Positions 19,457-29,853 of a stretch of DNA of 64,000 nucleotides are shown in pieces. Positions within the stretch are counted from its first letter, which is position 1, and every line of letters begins with the position of its first letter. The stretch is taken from positions 3,108-67,107 of the forward strand of contig CAZIFN010000001.1 of NCBI GenBank assembly GCA_964538205.1, given 5' to 3'. This DNA is from an uncultured Mycoplasma sp. GTDB taxonomy: Bacteria > Bacillota_I > Bacilli_A > RF39 > UBA660. A model generated the notes under the pieces. It did no database searches and was not told the DNA's origin. It was given only the letters and a program-made list of their open reading frames with translations. The position numbers and the translations under genes are program-made.

Positions 19457-20746
19457 GTGGTCTATATGTTAAATAATAAAAGCATAAAACATATGATATT
19501 ATTATTGATAATAGGTGGAATTTCTTTAATATTAGCTTCCGCATATGTTGAATATAGCTACCAAGCAAACGAAAAAAATCAAATAAAATTAACAAAAATT
19601 AACAACGATTACAAAAGCTTTTTTAATGAATCTGGAAAACCCAAAGAAGAAACAACTATAAAAAAAGTGCGAGATTTAAAAAAAGAAACTAAAAATATTA
19701 AAACAAATAAAGAAGAAAAAGAAAAAATACTTACAGACTTAAATAACTTAGAAGATTATTTACAACTAAAAGAAGAAATAACTTCATACTACAATAAGTC
19801 AGCTATGTTATCTAATGTAAAAAAAGAAACTATTAACAAATTAAAAAGTAAAAACAAAAATATAAATAAAAACTATCAAATATACATAAACAATTATATA
19901 AAAGATTTAGAAGAACAACGCCTAAATATAGATAATGAAAATGATAAAATAAATTCCCTATTTTCTAATACAGAAAAAACAGAATTAAAAGAAAATGTTA
20001 CAAAAGAAGCAGTAGAAGCCATTAGATTAAGTCTAAATAAATTACCCCAAGAAGACGTAAAAAAAGATGGCAATGATGTTCTAGATAAGGCAATAAACAT
20101 TATAAATGAAAAGGAAGAAAGTATTCGCAAACAAAAAGAAGAAGAAGCAAGGAAACAGCAAGAAGCAATTAATAATGCCTGGGTAAGACTATATGTTCCA
20201 TACATTAGTCAAAATAATAATCAAGTATATAATGGTTGTGAAGCAGCATCCCTATTAATGGCTCTACAATATAAAAATTACTTAACAAACATGACAATCA
20301 CTCAATATGCAATAGACATGCCAAAAAGCGAAAACAATAACGCTCAAGAAGGATTTACACATGATATATTTGGATATGATCCAAGAGATATACCCCACTG
20401 GATTGCCCCTGAGCCATTAGCAAAATTTGGAAGAGACTCATCTGGAAATCAAAACGTCATTAACATAACAGGTGCAACTATCGATGACTTAGATAGAGAA
20501 CTTGATAACGGAAACCCTGTTGTAATTTATTTAACCGCCATGTTTGAAGAGCCAAAAACCTGGGTAGAAGGAGCACCACAAAATATTCATGTACAATTAT
20601 TAACCGGATATAATAAAATAACTCAAGAACATATAATAGTTGACCCGTGGACATACCCATCAGGTAGAACATCATGGACAGTTTCAAGACAAACAGTTGA
20701 AAATTTATATAATGCACTTGGAAGACAAAGTGTTGTAATAAGATAA
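19457..20746 (+). CDS. Membrane-anchored protein with a long coiled-coil region and a C-terminal C39-like (YvpB-type, Peptidase_C39_2) cysteine peptidase domain
   Basis: 429 aa. An N-terminal TM helix is followed by about 200 aa of K/E/N-rich coiled coil. The C-terminal domain carries the catalytic-Cys context NGCEAASLLMAL and resembles B. subtilis YvpB. Confidence 0.6.
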   Translation: MVYMLNNKSIKHMILLLIIGGISLILASAYVEYSYQANEKNQIKLTKINNDYKSFFNESGKPKEETTIKKVRDLKKETKNIKTNKEEKEKILTDLNNLEDYLQLKEEITSYYNKSAMLSNVKKETINKLKSKNKNINKNYQIYINNYIKDLEEQRLNIDNENDKINSLFSNTEKTELKENVTKEAVEAIRLSLNKLPQEDVKKDGNDVLDKAINIINEKEESIRKQKEEEARKQQEAINNAWVRLYVPYISQNNNQVYNGCEAASLLMALQYKNYLTNMTITQYAIDMPKSENNNAQEGFTHDIFGYDPRDIPHWIAPEPLAKFGRDSSGNQNVINITGATIDDLDRELDNGNPVVIYLTAMFEEPKTWVEGAPQNIHVQLLTGYNKITQEHIIVDPWTYPSGRTSWTVSRQTVENLYNALGRQSVVIR

Positions 20747-20752
20747 AAAATA

Positions 20753-20776
20753 CTGGAAAATCCTCCAGTGTTTTTT
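20753..20776 (+). terminator. Intrinsic terminator after the C39-like peptidase gene
   Basis: CTGGA-aaatcc-TCCAG stem-loop followed by TGTTTTTT. Confidence 0.5.
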
Positions 20777-20798
20777 AATAAATAATTGATAACTTTTA

Positions 20799-21686
20799 TT
20801 ATTTATTATGCTCAATCATTTCATTCAAAGTTGTACCTATAGTTGCTAGATTCTGTAATTCACTAGGAACAATAATCTTAGTAGCATTACCATTAGCAAC
20901 TTCTACCATCGCCTCATAACTCTTAAATTTCAAAACAGCATCATCCATTCCTGCTTCTTTTAAAAGTTTTAATCCTTCAGCAGTAGCCTTTTGAATTTTA
21001 ACAATAGCTGCTGCTTCACCCTCAGCCTCTCTAATATGAGCCTCTCTTTTAGCATCAGCTCTTAAAATTGCACTTTCTTTTTCACCTTCAGCAATCAAAA
21101 TAGCAGATTTTTTCTCTCCTTCAGCTTTTAGGATAGCTTCACGTCTTTCACGTTCAGCACGCATTTGTTTTTCCATAGCATCTTGAATATCTCTAGGTGG
21201 TAAAATATTTTTTACTTCAACACGATTAACTTTAATACCCCAAGGATCAGTTGCCTCATCCAAAATAGAACGCATTTTTGTATTTATAACATCCCTAGAA
21301 GTTAAAGTTTCATCCAACTCTAATTCACCAATAATATTACGCAAAGTTGTTGCTGTTAAATTTTCGATTGCATTAACAGGATTCTCAACACCATAAGTAT
21401 AAAGCTTAGAATCAGTTATTTGTAAATAAACAACTGTATCGATTTGCATAGTAACATTATCTTTAGTAATAACTGGCTGAGGAGCAAAGTCCCTAACATT
21501 CTCTTTCAAACTAACAACATTTGCAACTCTTTCAAATACAGGAATGACATAGTGAAGTCCTGTTTGCATTGTCCTATGATATGCACCAAGTCTTTCAACT
21601 ACCATTGCTTTAGATTGTGGAATAATCTTAATTCCAGAAGCCAAAACAACTACTAAAACAATTAACAATATTAAACCAAATTCCAT
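20799..21686 (-). CDS. SPFH/Band 7 (stomatin-like) domain protein
   Basis: 295 aa. An N-terminal TM helix is followed by IKIIPQSKAMVVERLGAYHRTMQTGLHYVIPVFERV and an Ala/Glu-rich coiled-coil tail, typical of the FloA/QmcA class. It directly follows an NfeD-family gene. Confidence 0.8.
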   Translation of the reverse strand: MEFGLILLIVLVVVLASGIKIIPQSKAMVVERLGAYHRTMQTGLHYVIPVFERVANVVSLKENVRDFAPQPVITKDNVTMQIDTVVYLQITDSKLYTYGVENPVNAIENLTATTLRNIIGELELDETLTSRDVINTKMRSILDEATDPWGIKVNRVEVKNILPPRDIQDAMEKQMRAERERREAILKAEGEKKSAILIAEGEKESAILRADAKREAHIREAEGEAAAIVKIQKATAEGLKLLKEAGMDDAVLKFKSYEAMVEVANGNATKIIVPSELQNLATIGTTLNEMIEHNK

Positions 21687-22106
21687 TTATTTTTCCTCCT
21701 TATAAACAACAAGTTTTACGCCATCAATTTTCTTTACTAAAACCTTATCACCAACAGAACATTTACAATCACTAGTTGCAGTCCAAGTAGAACCAAGAAC
21801 TTTAACTTGACCATAACTATCAGCAGTAATTTCCTTTATAACTTCTGCATGCTTACCGATAACACGATCATGATTAGTTGGCTCAATACCTTTTCCTTTA
21901 AATTTCTTAACTAAAGGCTTAGTAATCAATAAAGCAATAATACTAACGATTATAAAAATACCAAGCTGTAATAAAAAATTTCCACTAAACAAAGCAACAA
22001 TCATAGCAAAAAAAGCACCTATCGCAAACCAAATAGAAACCAAATTTACTGTTGATATTTCCACAAAAATTAGAATTAAACAAAATATAAACCAGAAAAC
22101 AGCCAT
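21687..22106 (-). CDS. NfeD-family membrane protein (short YuaF-like form with a C-terminal OB-fold)
   Basis: Two TM helices then a beta-rich C-terminus (GKHAEVIKEI...VKVLGSTWTATSD...GDKVLVKKIDGVKLVV). The likely start is MAVFWFI at 22106 with RBS AGAGGTGA; the track ORF extends to 22160. There is zero gap to the SPFH gene. Confidence 0.65.
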   Translation of the reverse strand: MAVFWFIFCLILIFVEISTVNLVSIWFAIGAFFAMIVALFSGNFLLQLGIFIIVSIIALLITKPLVKKFKGKGIEPTNHDRVIGKHAEVIKEITADSYGQVKVLGSTWTATSDCKCSVGDKVLVKKIDGVKLVVYKEEK

Positions 22107-22235
22107 AAAACTCACCTCTTTAAAATATATTATATGAAATGGAAAGACAAAATTCAACAAAATCCGTTAAAAAAACTTGTTTATATAGAAAAACTATAAT
22201 ATAATTGAATATAAAGATAGGGAGTAACGTAGTAT

Positions 22236-22937
22236 ATGGGAAAACTAACAATCAAAGAAACACGAATAATTGCCATCGCTTTAACTTCATGGGGCTTAAT
22301 ATTAACAGGTTCTGGATATGTCATGAAAAGTATGTCAAAACCAAAACCAATAGAAAAAGAGAATTTAGAAATAGTATATAAACGAGTTAATGAAGTTAAG
22401 TCAAACGAAATAAAATTAAAAGATATAGAATTAGAAATTAATAAAACTTTAAGCGTTGACGTTAAAGATTATTTAGAAAATATAGAAAATATAGATTCAG
22501 AAGTATTAAAAGAATTAAAATTAGATACTTCAATGATAAAAACAACCGAGCCAGGAACTTATACATATACAGTCTCATACAACAAGAAAAAATATAATGG
22601 AACTTTAGTTGTAAAAGAAAAAAAGTTACCAGATGTCGAATTAACTATAAATAATTTATCACTAACTGTAGGATCACCATTATCAACAGATAAACAAGTA
22701 TATATTAAGGAAACATTAACAGATGAAGTAAAAGAACACATACTTATTGATTTAACACAAATAGATACACAAAAGCCTGGAAATTATCCATATACTGTAA
22801 CTTATAATGGTATATTATATACAGGAACTATAGAAGTATATGAACCACAACAAAAAGTTTTAACTCCATCAAACGGTACTGAAGATGATGAAGAAACAAA
22901 GAAAGATGAAACAAAAGAAGAAAACCAATCAAACTAA
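22236..22937 (+). CDS. Membrane-anchored protein with two Ig-like repeats (DUF5011-like) and an acidic C-terminal tail
   Basis: 233 aa. It contains an internal duplication: ...EPGTYTYTVSYNKKKYNGTLVVKE and ...KPGNYPYTVTYNGILYTGTIEVYE. Confidence 0.5.
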   Translation: MGKLTIKETRIIAIALTSWGLILTGSGYVMKSMSKPKPIEKENLEIVYKRVNEVKSNEIKLKDIELEINKTLSVDVKDYLENIENIDSEVLKELKLDTSMIKTTEPGTYTYTVSYNKKKYNGTLVVKEKKLPDVELTINNLSLTVGSPLSTDKQVYIKETLTDEVKEHILIDLTQIDTQKPGNYPYTVTYNGILYTGTIEVYEPQQKVLTPSNGTEDDEETKKDETKEENQSN

Positions 22938-22961
22938 AAACTAGCGATCGCTAGTTTTTTT
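22937..22961. terminator. Bidirectional intrinsic terminator shared by the convergent 22236 gene and fhs
   Basis: Perfect palindrome AAAA-CTAGCGATCGCTAG-TTTTTTT. It overlaps the fhs stop codon. Confidence 0.75.
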
Positions 22962-24576
22962 AATCCAATCCTACTATTTTATCATTTTCCAAATTAATTT
23001 TTTCATAATTAGGAACAACTGGTAATCCTGGCATAGTCATTATATTACCTAATAAAACAGTAATAAATTCCGCTCCATTATATAAACATACATCTCTAAC
23101 AAAAACTTTAAAATCATCAGGTGCCCCTAGTTTTTTTGCATCATCAGAAAATGAATACTGTGTTTTAGCAACACAAATTGGAAGATTAGACTTCTTCAAA
23201 GCTTTAATTTCTTCAATCTTTTTTAATGCTTTGTCACTATATTCAACAGAAGAAGCTCTATAAATTTCCTTACAAATAGTATCTATCTTTTCACAAACTG
23301 ACAAAGAATCTTTATAAAGTAATTTAAATTTTTTCTTCTTATCACATGCAGAAATAACTTTATTAGCTAAATCAATTGCACCTTTTCCACCATTGATATA
23401 AGCAGTACTAATTGAAAAGTCAACACCTTGCTCAATACAATATTTCTCAACAAACTCTAATTCCTTTTCCGTATCAGTACCATACTTATTTAAACAAACA
23501 ACAACAGGAACACCATATTTTTTCAAATTATCTATATGTCTTTTTAAATTAACAATTCCAAGTTTAATAGCATCCAAATTTTCCAAACCAATTTTTTCTT
23601 TAGAAACACCACCATTATATTTCAAAGCCTTGATAGTAGCAACCAAAACTATACAGTCAGGACTTATTGAAGCTTTACGACATTTTATATCCAAAAACTT
23701 TTCTGCACCTAAATCAGCACCAAAGCCAGCTTCTGTAACCATATAATCTCCCAAAGAAAGACCAATTTTAGTAGCAATAACACTATTGCATCCATGTGCT
23801 ATATTCGCAAAAGGTCCACCATGAATAATAGTAGGAGTATGTTCCAAAGTTTGAACAAGATTAGGCAAAAATGCATCTTTTAATATCACAGTTAAAGCAC
23901 CCTCAATATTTAAATCTCTAGCATAAATAACCTCATTATTACTATTATACCCTACAATAATGTTACCAAGTCTTCTTCTTAAATCTTCTAAAGAAGAAGC
24001 TAAACAAAATAATGCCATTATTTCACTAGCAGCAGTAATAGAAAAACTATCAGTCCTATTTTCCAAACTTATCTTTCTTAAAGCTCTATCATTTACATCC
24101 AAACATCGTTTAAAAACAACACGCTGAATATCTAATTTATTGCCATGATATATATGATTATCAATCGCAGCACACAACAAATCATTAGCAGCAGTTATAG
24201 CATGAAAATCACCTGTAAAATGTAGATTAATATCTTCCATTGGAACAACTTGACTATATCCACCACCTGTTGCTCCCCCTTTAATACCAAAAACAGGTCC
24301 CATTGAAGGCTCCCTAAGAACAATAACCGGGTTCTTTTTCATTTTATTTAAAGCATCACCTAAACCTATACTAACTGTAGTTTTACCTTCACCATAAGGA
24401 GTAGGATTAATTGCAGTAACTAAAATAAGCTTAGCTTTACTATCAGAAGGAGAAACATTAATTTTTGCTTTATCAGTACCATAAAGTAACAAATTTTCTT
24501 CCTTTAAACCTATCTTTTTAGCAATCTTTTTAATATTTTCCTTAGTACTACTTTGAGCAATTTCTATATCTGTCAT
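22960..24576 (-). CDS. fhs: Formate--tetrahydrofolate ligase
   Basis: 538 aa. PTPYGEGKTTVSIGL and overall colinearity with FTHFS. Confidence 0.95.
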   Translation of the reverse strand: MTDIEIAQSSTKENIKKIAKKIGLKEENLLLYGTDKAKINVSPSDSKAKLILVTAINPTPYGEGKTTVSIGLGDALNKMKKNPVIVLREPSMGPVFGIKGGATGGGYSQVVPMEDINLHFTGDFHAITAANDLLCAAIDNHIYHGNKLDIQRVVFKRCLDVNDRALRKISLENRTDSFSITAASEIMALFCLASSLEDLRRRLGNIIVGYNSNNEVIYARDLNIEGALTVILKDAFLPNLVQTLEHTPTIIHGGPFANIAHGCNSVIATKIGLSLGDYMVTEAGFGADLGAEKFLDIKCRKASISPDCIVLVATIKALKYNGGVSKEKIGLENLDAIKLGIVNLKRHIDNLKKYGVPVVVCLNKYGTDTEKELEFVEKYCIEQGVDFSISTAYINGGKGAIDLANKVISACDKKKKFKLLYKDSLSVCEKIDTICKEIYRASSVEYSDKALKKIEEIKALKKSNLPICVAKTQYSFSDDAKKLGAPDDFKVFVRDVCLYNGAEFITVLLGNIMTMPGLPVVPNYEKINLENDKIVGLD

Positions 24577-24858
24577 TAAATCACCTCATAATAATTATAA
24601 CATGTAAAATATCTAACACCAAGATTTCTATTTTAAAATTACAACTTTTACAAATCAAAATTAATTATTTCCTAAAAATACTTTTAAATACTTTAAACTA
24701 GTCAAACTAAAGAAAATTATATTAAAAAAATAAAAAATCAATAAAGAGAAAGTAAGAATTAAAGATATATACTCTACAAAAATAGAAAAAGTTAAATTTG
24801 CAGTATAAAAAAAAGAATGCTACTATCATACTCGTTAAGAAAAAGAAGGAGGAATTAT

Positions 24859-26283
24859 ATGAAAAAATTAATAATTTTCTTAATTACCACAATATCAATA
24901 ATACTACCAACAACAGTAAACGCTGAAACAGCCCAATTTTATGAAAACGAATATCTCTCTGGTATATACATTAGTAGAACTACCGGAAATGGAACAGTAT
25001 ACTATCAAACAGCAAGAATGTATAGACAAAAAGAAACAGGCAATTACGCATATTGTTATGAGCCATTTTCATTTTTTGAAGAATCAGGACAATATAAAAA
25101 TGTAGTACAACCAAGTAACTTGACAGAAGAGCAAAAAGAAAGAATAGCCCTTATAATTCATTTTGGATATAAATACAAAAATCAAGATAACGTAAAATGG
25201 TATGCCATTTCACAAGTTATGATATGGCAAACCGCATACCCATCAGGAGACTATTACTTTACTGATACACTAAACGGAAATAGAATTAATATATATCAAT
25301 CAGAAATAGAAAAAATTGAAAAAGCAATAAAAGATTATAAAACAACACCTAGCTTTTCAAATAAAACTTATAACATTGTAAAAGGTGAAAGCTTAGAATT
25401 AACAGATTCAAATAATATTCTAAATAAGTATACCGTATCAAACAAAAATGCAACAATCAAAGATAACAAACTAATATTAAATAATCTTTCAGCAGGAGAA
25501 CACGAAATAGAAATAAAAAGAGAAGACATAGCTCATAATTCAAAAGTAACATTCTACGAATCTAAAACAAGTCAAGGCTTAGTTACTTTAGGAAACGTAG
25601 AACCTAAAACAGTAAAAATAAAAGTAATTGTAAAAGAAACAAAAGTAAATATCAATAAATTAGATAATGATACAAAAACCAATCAAAATTCAGGAGAAGC
25701 AAGTCTATCAGGCGCTAAATATCAAATCATGGATAAAGATCGAAAAGAATTACAAATAGTTGAAATTGATGAAAATCAAAAAGCAACAATAGAAAATTTA
25801 CCATACGGTAAATACTACATAAGAGAAATAGAAGCAGGCATAGGATACACACTAGATAACAATATATACGAATTTGAAATAACCAGTAACAATCCAGAAA
25901 TAAATCTTACAATGTATAATCAAGTTATAAAAGGAAAAGTAACTATCAATAAAACATATTTATTAGATGATAATCTTTTAAAAGAAGAAAATATAGAGTT
26001 TAATATATATGATAAAGATTCAAACTTAATAGCAACAAAAAAAACAAATAAAGAAGGTACTATTGAAATATATTTACCATATGGTAAATATACAATAAAA
26101 CAAATAAATACAACAGAAGGATATGATATAGTAGAACCATTTAGCATTATAATAGATTCAACCAATGATTTAACATATAATTTAGTAAATCAAAAAATAC
26201 AAGTACCAAATACAAAGTCACAAAGTTTTCCATTAATAATAAAAATAATTAATATTATTTTATTCTCCATAATACATGCATAA
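24859..26283 (+). CDS. Secreted cell-surface protein with CnaB/SpaA-type (prealbumin-like) domains; candidate sortase substrate
   Basis: Signal peptide MKKLIIFLITTISIILPTTVNA after RBS GAAGGAGG. The track ORF starts 14 codons earlier. Repeated GxKYxI...LPYGKYxIxE blocks are typical of CnaB/pilin-like domains. The C-terminus QVPNTKSQSFPLIIKIINIILFSIIHA resembles an atypical sorting signal. Confidence 0.6.
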   Translation: MKKLIIFLITTISIILPTTVNAETAQFYENEYLSGIYISRTTGNGTVYYQTARMYRQKETGNYAYCYEPFSFFEESGQYKNVVQPSNLTEEQKERIALIIHFGYKYKNQDNVKWYAISQVMIWQTAYPSGDYYFTDTLNGNRINIYQSEIEKIEKAIKDYKTTPSFSNKTYNIVKGESLELTDSNNILNKYTVSNKNATIKDNKLILNNLSAGEHEIEIKREDIAHNSKVTFYESKTSQGLVTLGNVEPKTVKIKVIVKETKVNINKLDNDTKTNQNSGEASLSGAKYQIMDKDRKELQIVEIDENQKATIENLPYGKYYIREIEAGIGYTLDNNIYEFEITSNNPEINLTMYNQVIKGKVTINKTYLLDDNLLKEENIEFNIYDKDSNLIATKKTNKEGTIEIYLPYGKYTIKQINTTEGYDIVEPFSIIIDSTNDLTYNLVNQKIQVPNTKSQSFPLIIKIINIILFSIIHA

Positions 26284-26791
26284 AAAAATATTAATCACAA
26301 TCTTCATAATCATACTATATATAATAGTACCAACAGAAATAAACAAGCCAAAAAGAATAATTAATAATATTAAGACAGAAGTAAAAGAAAATATAGGAAA
26401 TCCCATAAAAATAGAAAAACCCGTAGGAACAATAAAAATACCAAGTATCAACCTAAAAAAAGACTTATATGAAATAGATAGTACCTTAAATAACATAGAA
26501 GAAAATGTAACTATATTAAAAGATTCAAAATTTCCAAACCTAATCATAATAGCGGCACACTCTGGGACTGGAAAAAATGCATTTTTTAAAGATTTAGATA
26601 AAATAAATATAAATGATATTATAAAAATAGAATATAAACAAAATAATTATACATTCTTTGTTACTAATATATATGAACAGAATAAAACTGGATATATAGA
26701 CATCAACAGAAGTGAAAAAAATCAATTATTTTTAACAACATGTAGCAAAGAAAACAACAAACAATTAATTATCGAATGCATACAAAAATAA
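26276..26791 (+). CDS. Sortase-family transpeptidase (minimal, 171 aa)
   Basis: N-terminal TM helix, catalytic His context IIIAAHSG and the TLxTC-like Cys motif LFLTTCS. It overlaps the upstream adhesin gene by 8 nt. The residue where the conserved Arg is expected appears to be Lys. Confidence 0.65.
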   Translation: MHKKILITIFIIILYIIVPTEINKPKRIINNIKTEVKENIGNPIKIEKPVGTIKIPSINLKKDLYEIDSTLNNIEENVTILKDSKFPNLIIIAAHSGTGKNAFFKDLDKININDIIKIEYKQNNYTFFVTNIYEQNKTGYIDINRSEKNQLFLTTCSKENNKQLIIECIQK

Positions 26792-26802
26792 ATAGCACAA
26801 AA

Positions 26803-28074
26803 CTATTTATTTTTTGTCAACAATTCTAAAGCTTTACGTAATTGTAAATCATTTTCATCACTTGGATTATTATTATAATCTTCTTCTTGATAAACAACAA
26901 CATCAGGAGTAATTCCCTTATCGTTAATCCAAACTCCCTTTGATGTTAACCATTTTTGTGTTGTATATTTTAAACTAGATCCCGTAGACAATTCTAATGA
27001 CTTTTGCACAGTACCCTTTCCATAAGAAATAACACCTACAATCGTTGCATTCTTATAATTATCTTGAAAACAGGAAGCAAGTATTTCTGAAGCAGATGCA
27101 GATGATTCATTAATTAAAACAACAACATCATAGTTACGCTTTTCCTTTGAAGAAGAATATATTTTTTCAGTCTTTTCTTTTGTTTCTATTTGATACAATA
27201 CAGTTTTTTTACTAAAAAACATAGATAATATATCTTCAACCTGATTTAAATGACCACCTGGATTATCCCTAACATCTATAATTAAAGAATCAATATTTTG
27301 TTTTTCTAAAGACTTCAAATTATTTTTAAATTGAGTATACGTATTAGAAGCAAATGTCTCAATATAAATATATCCAATACTCTTACCATTACCTTCTATA
27401 ATCTTACTAGTAACAGATGGAATATCAACAATTTCTCTTTTAATAGTAATTTCAACATTTTTTTCATTTCTAATAAAAACAAATAATGATGATGAATCAG
27501 AATCACCTTGCGTATAATCAGAAAGTTCATCTAAAGACATATACCTAACATCAGTACCATCTATAGATAGAAATATATCTCCAACTTTAACACCAGCTTT
27601 ATCCGCAGGAGAATCATCAAATATTTCAACAACTTTATTCCCAATAGTATCATCATGAGAAACAGTAGTACCAATTCCAACATAATTACCATCTATTTTT
27701 TGATTAAAACTAGAAGTAGCATTGCCATCCATATAATAAGAATATGGATCATCCAAAATATTTACCATGCCATCAATCGCAGCATTTAATAAATCACTCT
27801 CAGAAATATCATCATAATAACTATCCCTAATCTTTTGATAAGTCTCCAACAATTCCTTTTCATATGTATTAGAAGCATTCATAGAAAACGTCTTACCATA
27901 CATCAAAATACAACCCATGATAATACCAAATAAAATAGAAACTATAACGAGCATAATAACTTCTGGAATATTAAAAGAATTATAATCATCATGTCTAAAC
28001 TTATTCTTTATCTTTTTAAAAACTTTATTGACACGCTTACTAACTCTTTTTTTAGTAATATTAATCTTTTTCAT
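26803..28074 (-). CDS. S41-family C-terminal processing peptidase (CtpA/CtpB-like, PDZ domain)
   Basis: 423 aa. N-terminal TM helix, PDZ region (VGDIFLSIDG) and the S41 catalytic block VVLINESSASASEILASCFQDNYKNATIVGVISYGKGTVQ. Confidence 0.85.
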   Translation of the reverse strand: MKKINITKKRVSKRVNKVFKKIKNKFRHDDYNSFNIPEVIMLVIVSILFGIIMGCILMYGKTFSMNASNTYEKELLETYQKIRDSYYDDISESDLLNAAIDGMVNILDDPYSYYMDGNATSSFNQKIDGNYVGIGTTVSHDDTIGNKVVEIFDDSPADKAGVKVGDIFLSIDGTDVRYMSLDELSDYTQGDSDSSSLFVFIRNEKNVEITIKREIVDIPSVTSKIIEGNGKSIGYIYIETFASNTYTQFKNNLKSLEKQNIDSLIIDVRDNPGGHLNQVEDILSMFFSKKTVLYQIETKEKTEKIYSSSKEKRNYDVVVLINESSASASEILASCFQDNYKNATIVGVISYGKGTVQKSLELSTGSSLKYTTQKWLTSKGVWINDKGITPDVVVYQEEDYNNNPSDENDLQLRKALELLTKNK

Positions 28075-28175
28075 TGTATCACCTCAGTTTACCATAAAAA
28101 TATAATAACACATAAACAAAAAAAATAGTATTAATTTTCCAAAAAGAAAAAGACTAAACAGTCTTTTTACAAATA

Positions 28176-28709
28176 TTACTTTAAATAATCAACGATTTTA
28201 TCAATTCCTTCTACATACATAGAAATCTTATTATTAGTAAACTTAATAAGTGTAGGTCCATTAATAGAAATTTCTGAAGCTTTAGTAGCATCTTTATTAG
28301 ATGTATCACCAATAAACTGTTTATTTAAAGCATCACTCATATCAACAGAATAAAGATTTATTTCCTTTGAAGAAGAACGATAAGTTGAAACCGCACTAGT
28401 TAAATCATAAACATCATCAGAAGAAAAATCATAATAAACAACTAAATATTCATCTTCATTAACAGAAAAACTAGTACCAAGTAAAATCTCTTCATGTTGA
28501 ATCTCAACTTCATTAGAAACAACATCATTATCACTATTATTATCCTTATCTAAAATCATAACCGTCAAAAAATAAAAAGCACAAAATACTATTAAAACAA
28601 CAGAAGTAACAATAATCATCTTTTTAATTTCAGAATTATCAAAACTATTGCTAGATTTAATTTTAATATTTTTTTTCTTTTTCTTTGTCATACAAATCAC
28701 CATAAACAT
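28176..28709 (-). CDS. Membrane-anchored protein of unknown function
   Basis: 177 aa. A basic N-terminus is followed by one TM helix and an acidic ectodomain. Confidence 0.45.
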   Translation of the reverse strand: MFMVICMTKKKKKNIKIKSSNSFDNSEIKKMIIVTSVVLIVFCAFYFLTVMILDKDNNSDNDVVSNEVEIQHEEILLGTSFSVNEDEYLVVYYDFSSDDVYDLTSAVSTYRSSSKEINLYSVDMSDALNKQFIGDTSNKDATKASEISINGPTLIKFTNNKISMYVEGIDKIVDYLK

Positions 28710-28741
28710 TATAGCATAAGAAAAAAAAGAGGTAAACTCTT

Positions 28742-29743
28742 TTATTTCATAGTAGGTAAATAACTAATAGACTGAGCAACTTCAACAAGTTCACTTTGAT
28801 TTAAAACATCACTAACAATATAATATTCAATACCATTACTGACCCAGGTTAAAGAATTATTAGTCATAACACCCAACGTATCCATCAATTGATATGGTTC
28901 ACCATAAGTTGGTATAATTGTAAACTCATCTTCAATAACGGCTGTTTCTTCAACCAATAAGAACGGTTTTGAACCATCAAAAGTCATAATAATTCTATCG
29001 CCAACATCCTTCTTTATTTTTTCCTCACTAACAAGTTTAGTACCGCTAGGTATAACTAAAGGATAAATGGTATCTTCTAGATTAACAGTTTCTTTTATAT
29101 TTTCACTATCAATAGAATAAGTATTTTTAACTTCATTCAAATCAAAATAATCTTTTTTAAAAGTTGGTGAATAATCAATACTATCAAAAGTCATAGACAT
29201 ACAAACAACATGATTATCATCATATACTTTAACTCGCTTAATTTCATTTTTTTTGTTAAATTCAATTACTTGTTCCTTCAATTTACTATTATTAGGATAA
29301 TTAACATCTGTAACAATTTTATAACCAGTTTTAGTTTCTTCAAATTTCCTATCCTTAGTATTCTTAATATCATCAACTAAAGATTTTAATAAATAAATTT
29401 GTGAGTTACTATATGGCCAATCACTTTGAAATTTAAAACTTTTATTAAGAGCAGGCGTTAAAACATATACTCCATCATCATTTTTTAAAATTATTTGAGT
29501 ATGATCATTATCTTGATTAGTTAATATTACTTTATAATAATTATCCTTCTTATAACTAACTTCAATATCATATTCATATACCTCATCATTATTAACAATT
29601 TCTAATTCACCAGAAACTTTATAGGCAGAAGCTTTAGTGATACGTTTTTCAAAATCACTAATAACACTACTCTCCGTATTTTTACCACAGCCAGCAGTAA
29701 ACAACAATGTAACAACCAATAAACATGTAAAAATCCTTTTCAT
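28742..29743 (-). CDS. Lipoprotein, LolA-like/DUF4367-type (YdcC-like)
   Basis: 333 aa. Lipobox LLFTAGCG. The fold assignment is tentative. Confidence 0.5.
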   Translation of the reverse strand: MKRIFTCLLVVTLLFTAGCGKNTESSVISDFEKRITKASAYKVSGELEIVNNDEVYEYDIEVSYKKDNYYKVILTNQDNDHTQIILKNDDGVYVLTPALNKSFKFQSDWPYSNSQIYLLKSLVDDIKNTKDRKFEETKTGYKIVTDVNYPNNSKLKEQVIEFNKKNEIKRVKVYDDNHVVCMSMTFDSIDYSPTFKKDYFDLNEVKNTYSIDSENIKETVNLEDTIYPLVIPSGTKLVSEEKIKKDVGDRIIMTFDGSKPFLLVEETAVIEDEFTIIPTYGEPYQLMDTLGVMTNNSLTWVSNGIEYYIVSDVLNQSELVEVAQSISYLPTMK

Positions 29744-29853
29744 CGTTCACCTCATAATCAAATTCTAATAAATTATATGGTTAATAAAATTGATTATTAC
29801 AAGAAAAAACTTTTAATGAATCAAAAAAGGATGATAAAATCATCCTTAAACAA

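Noticed and set aside
24577-24858. Possible ZTP (pfl-motif) or THF riboswitch upstream of fhs
   Set aside because: The region is uniformly AT-rich with none of the GC-rich conserved pseudoknot segments of those riboswitches.
26276-26283. Possibility that the sortase ORF start is an artefact of overlapping the adhesin stop
   Set aside because: The predicted N-terminal TM helix begins immediately after the ATG at 26276, so no later start is compatible. An 8-nt overlap with translational coupling is common.
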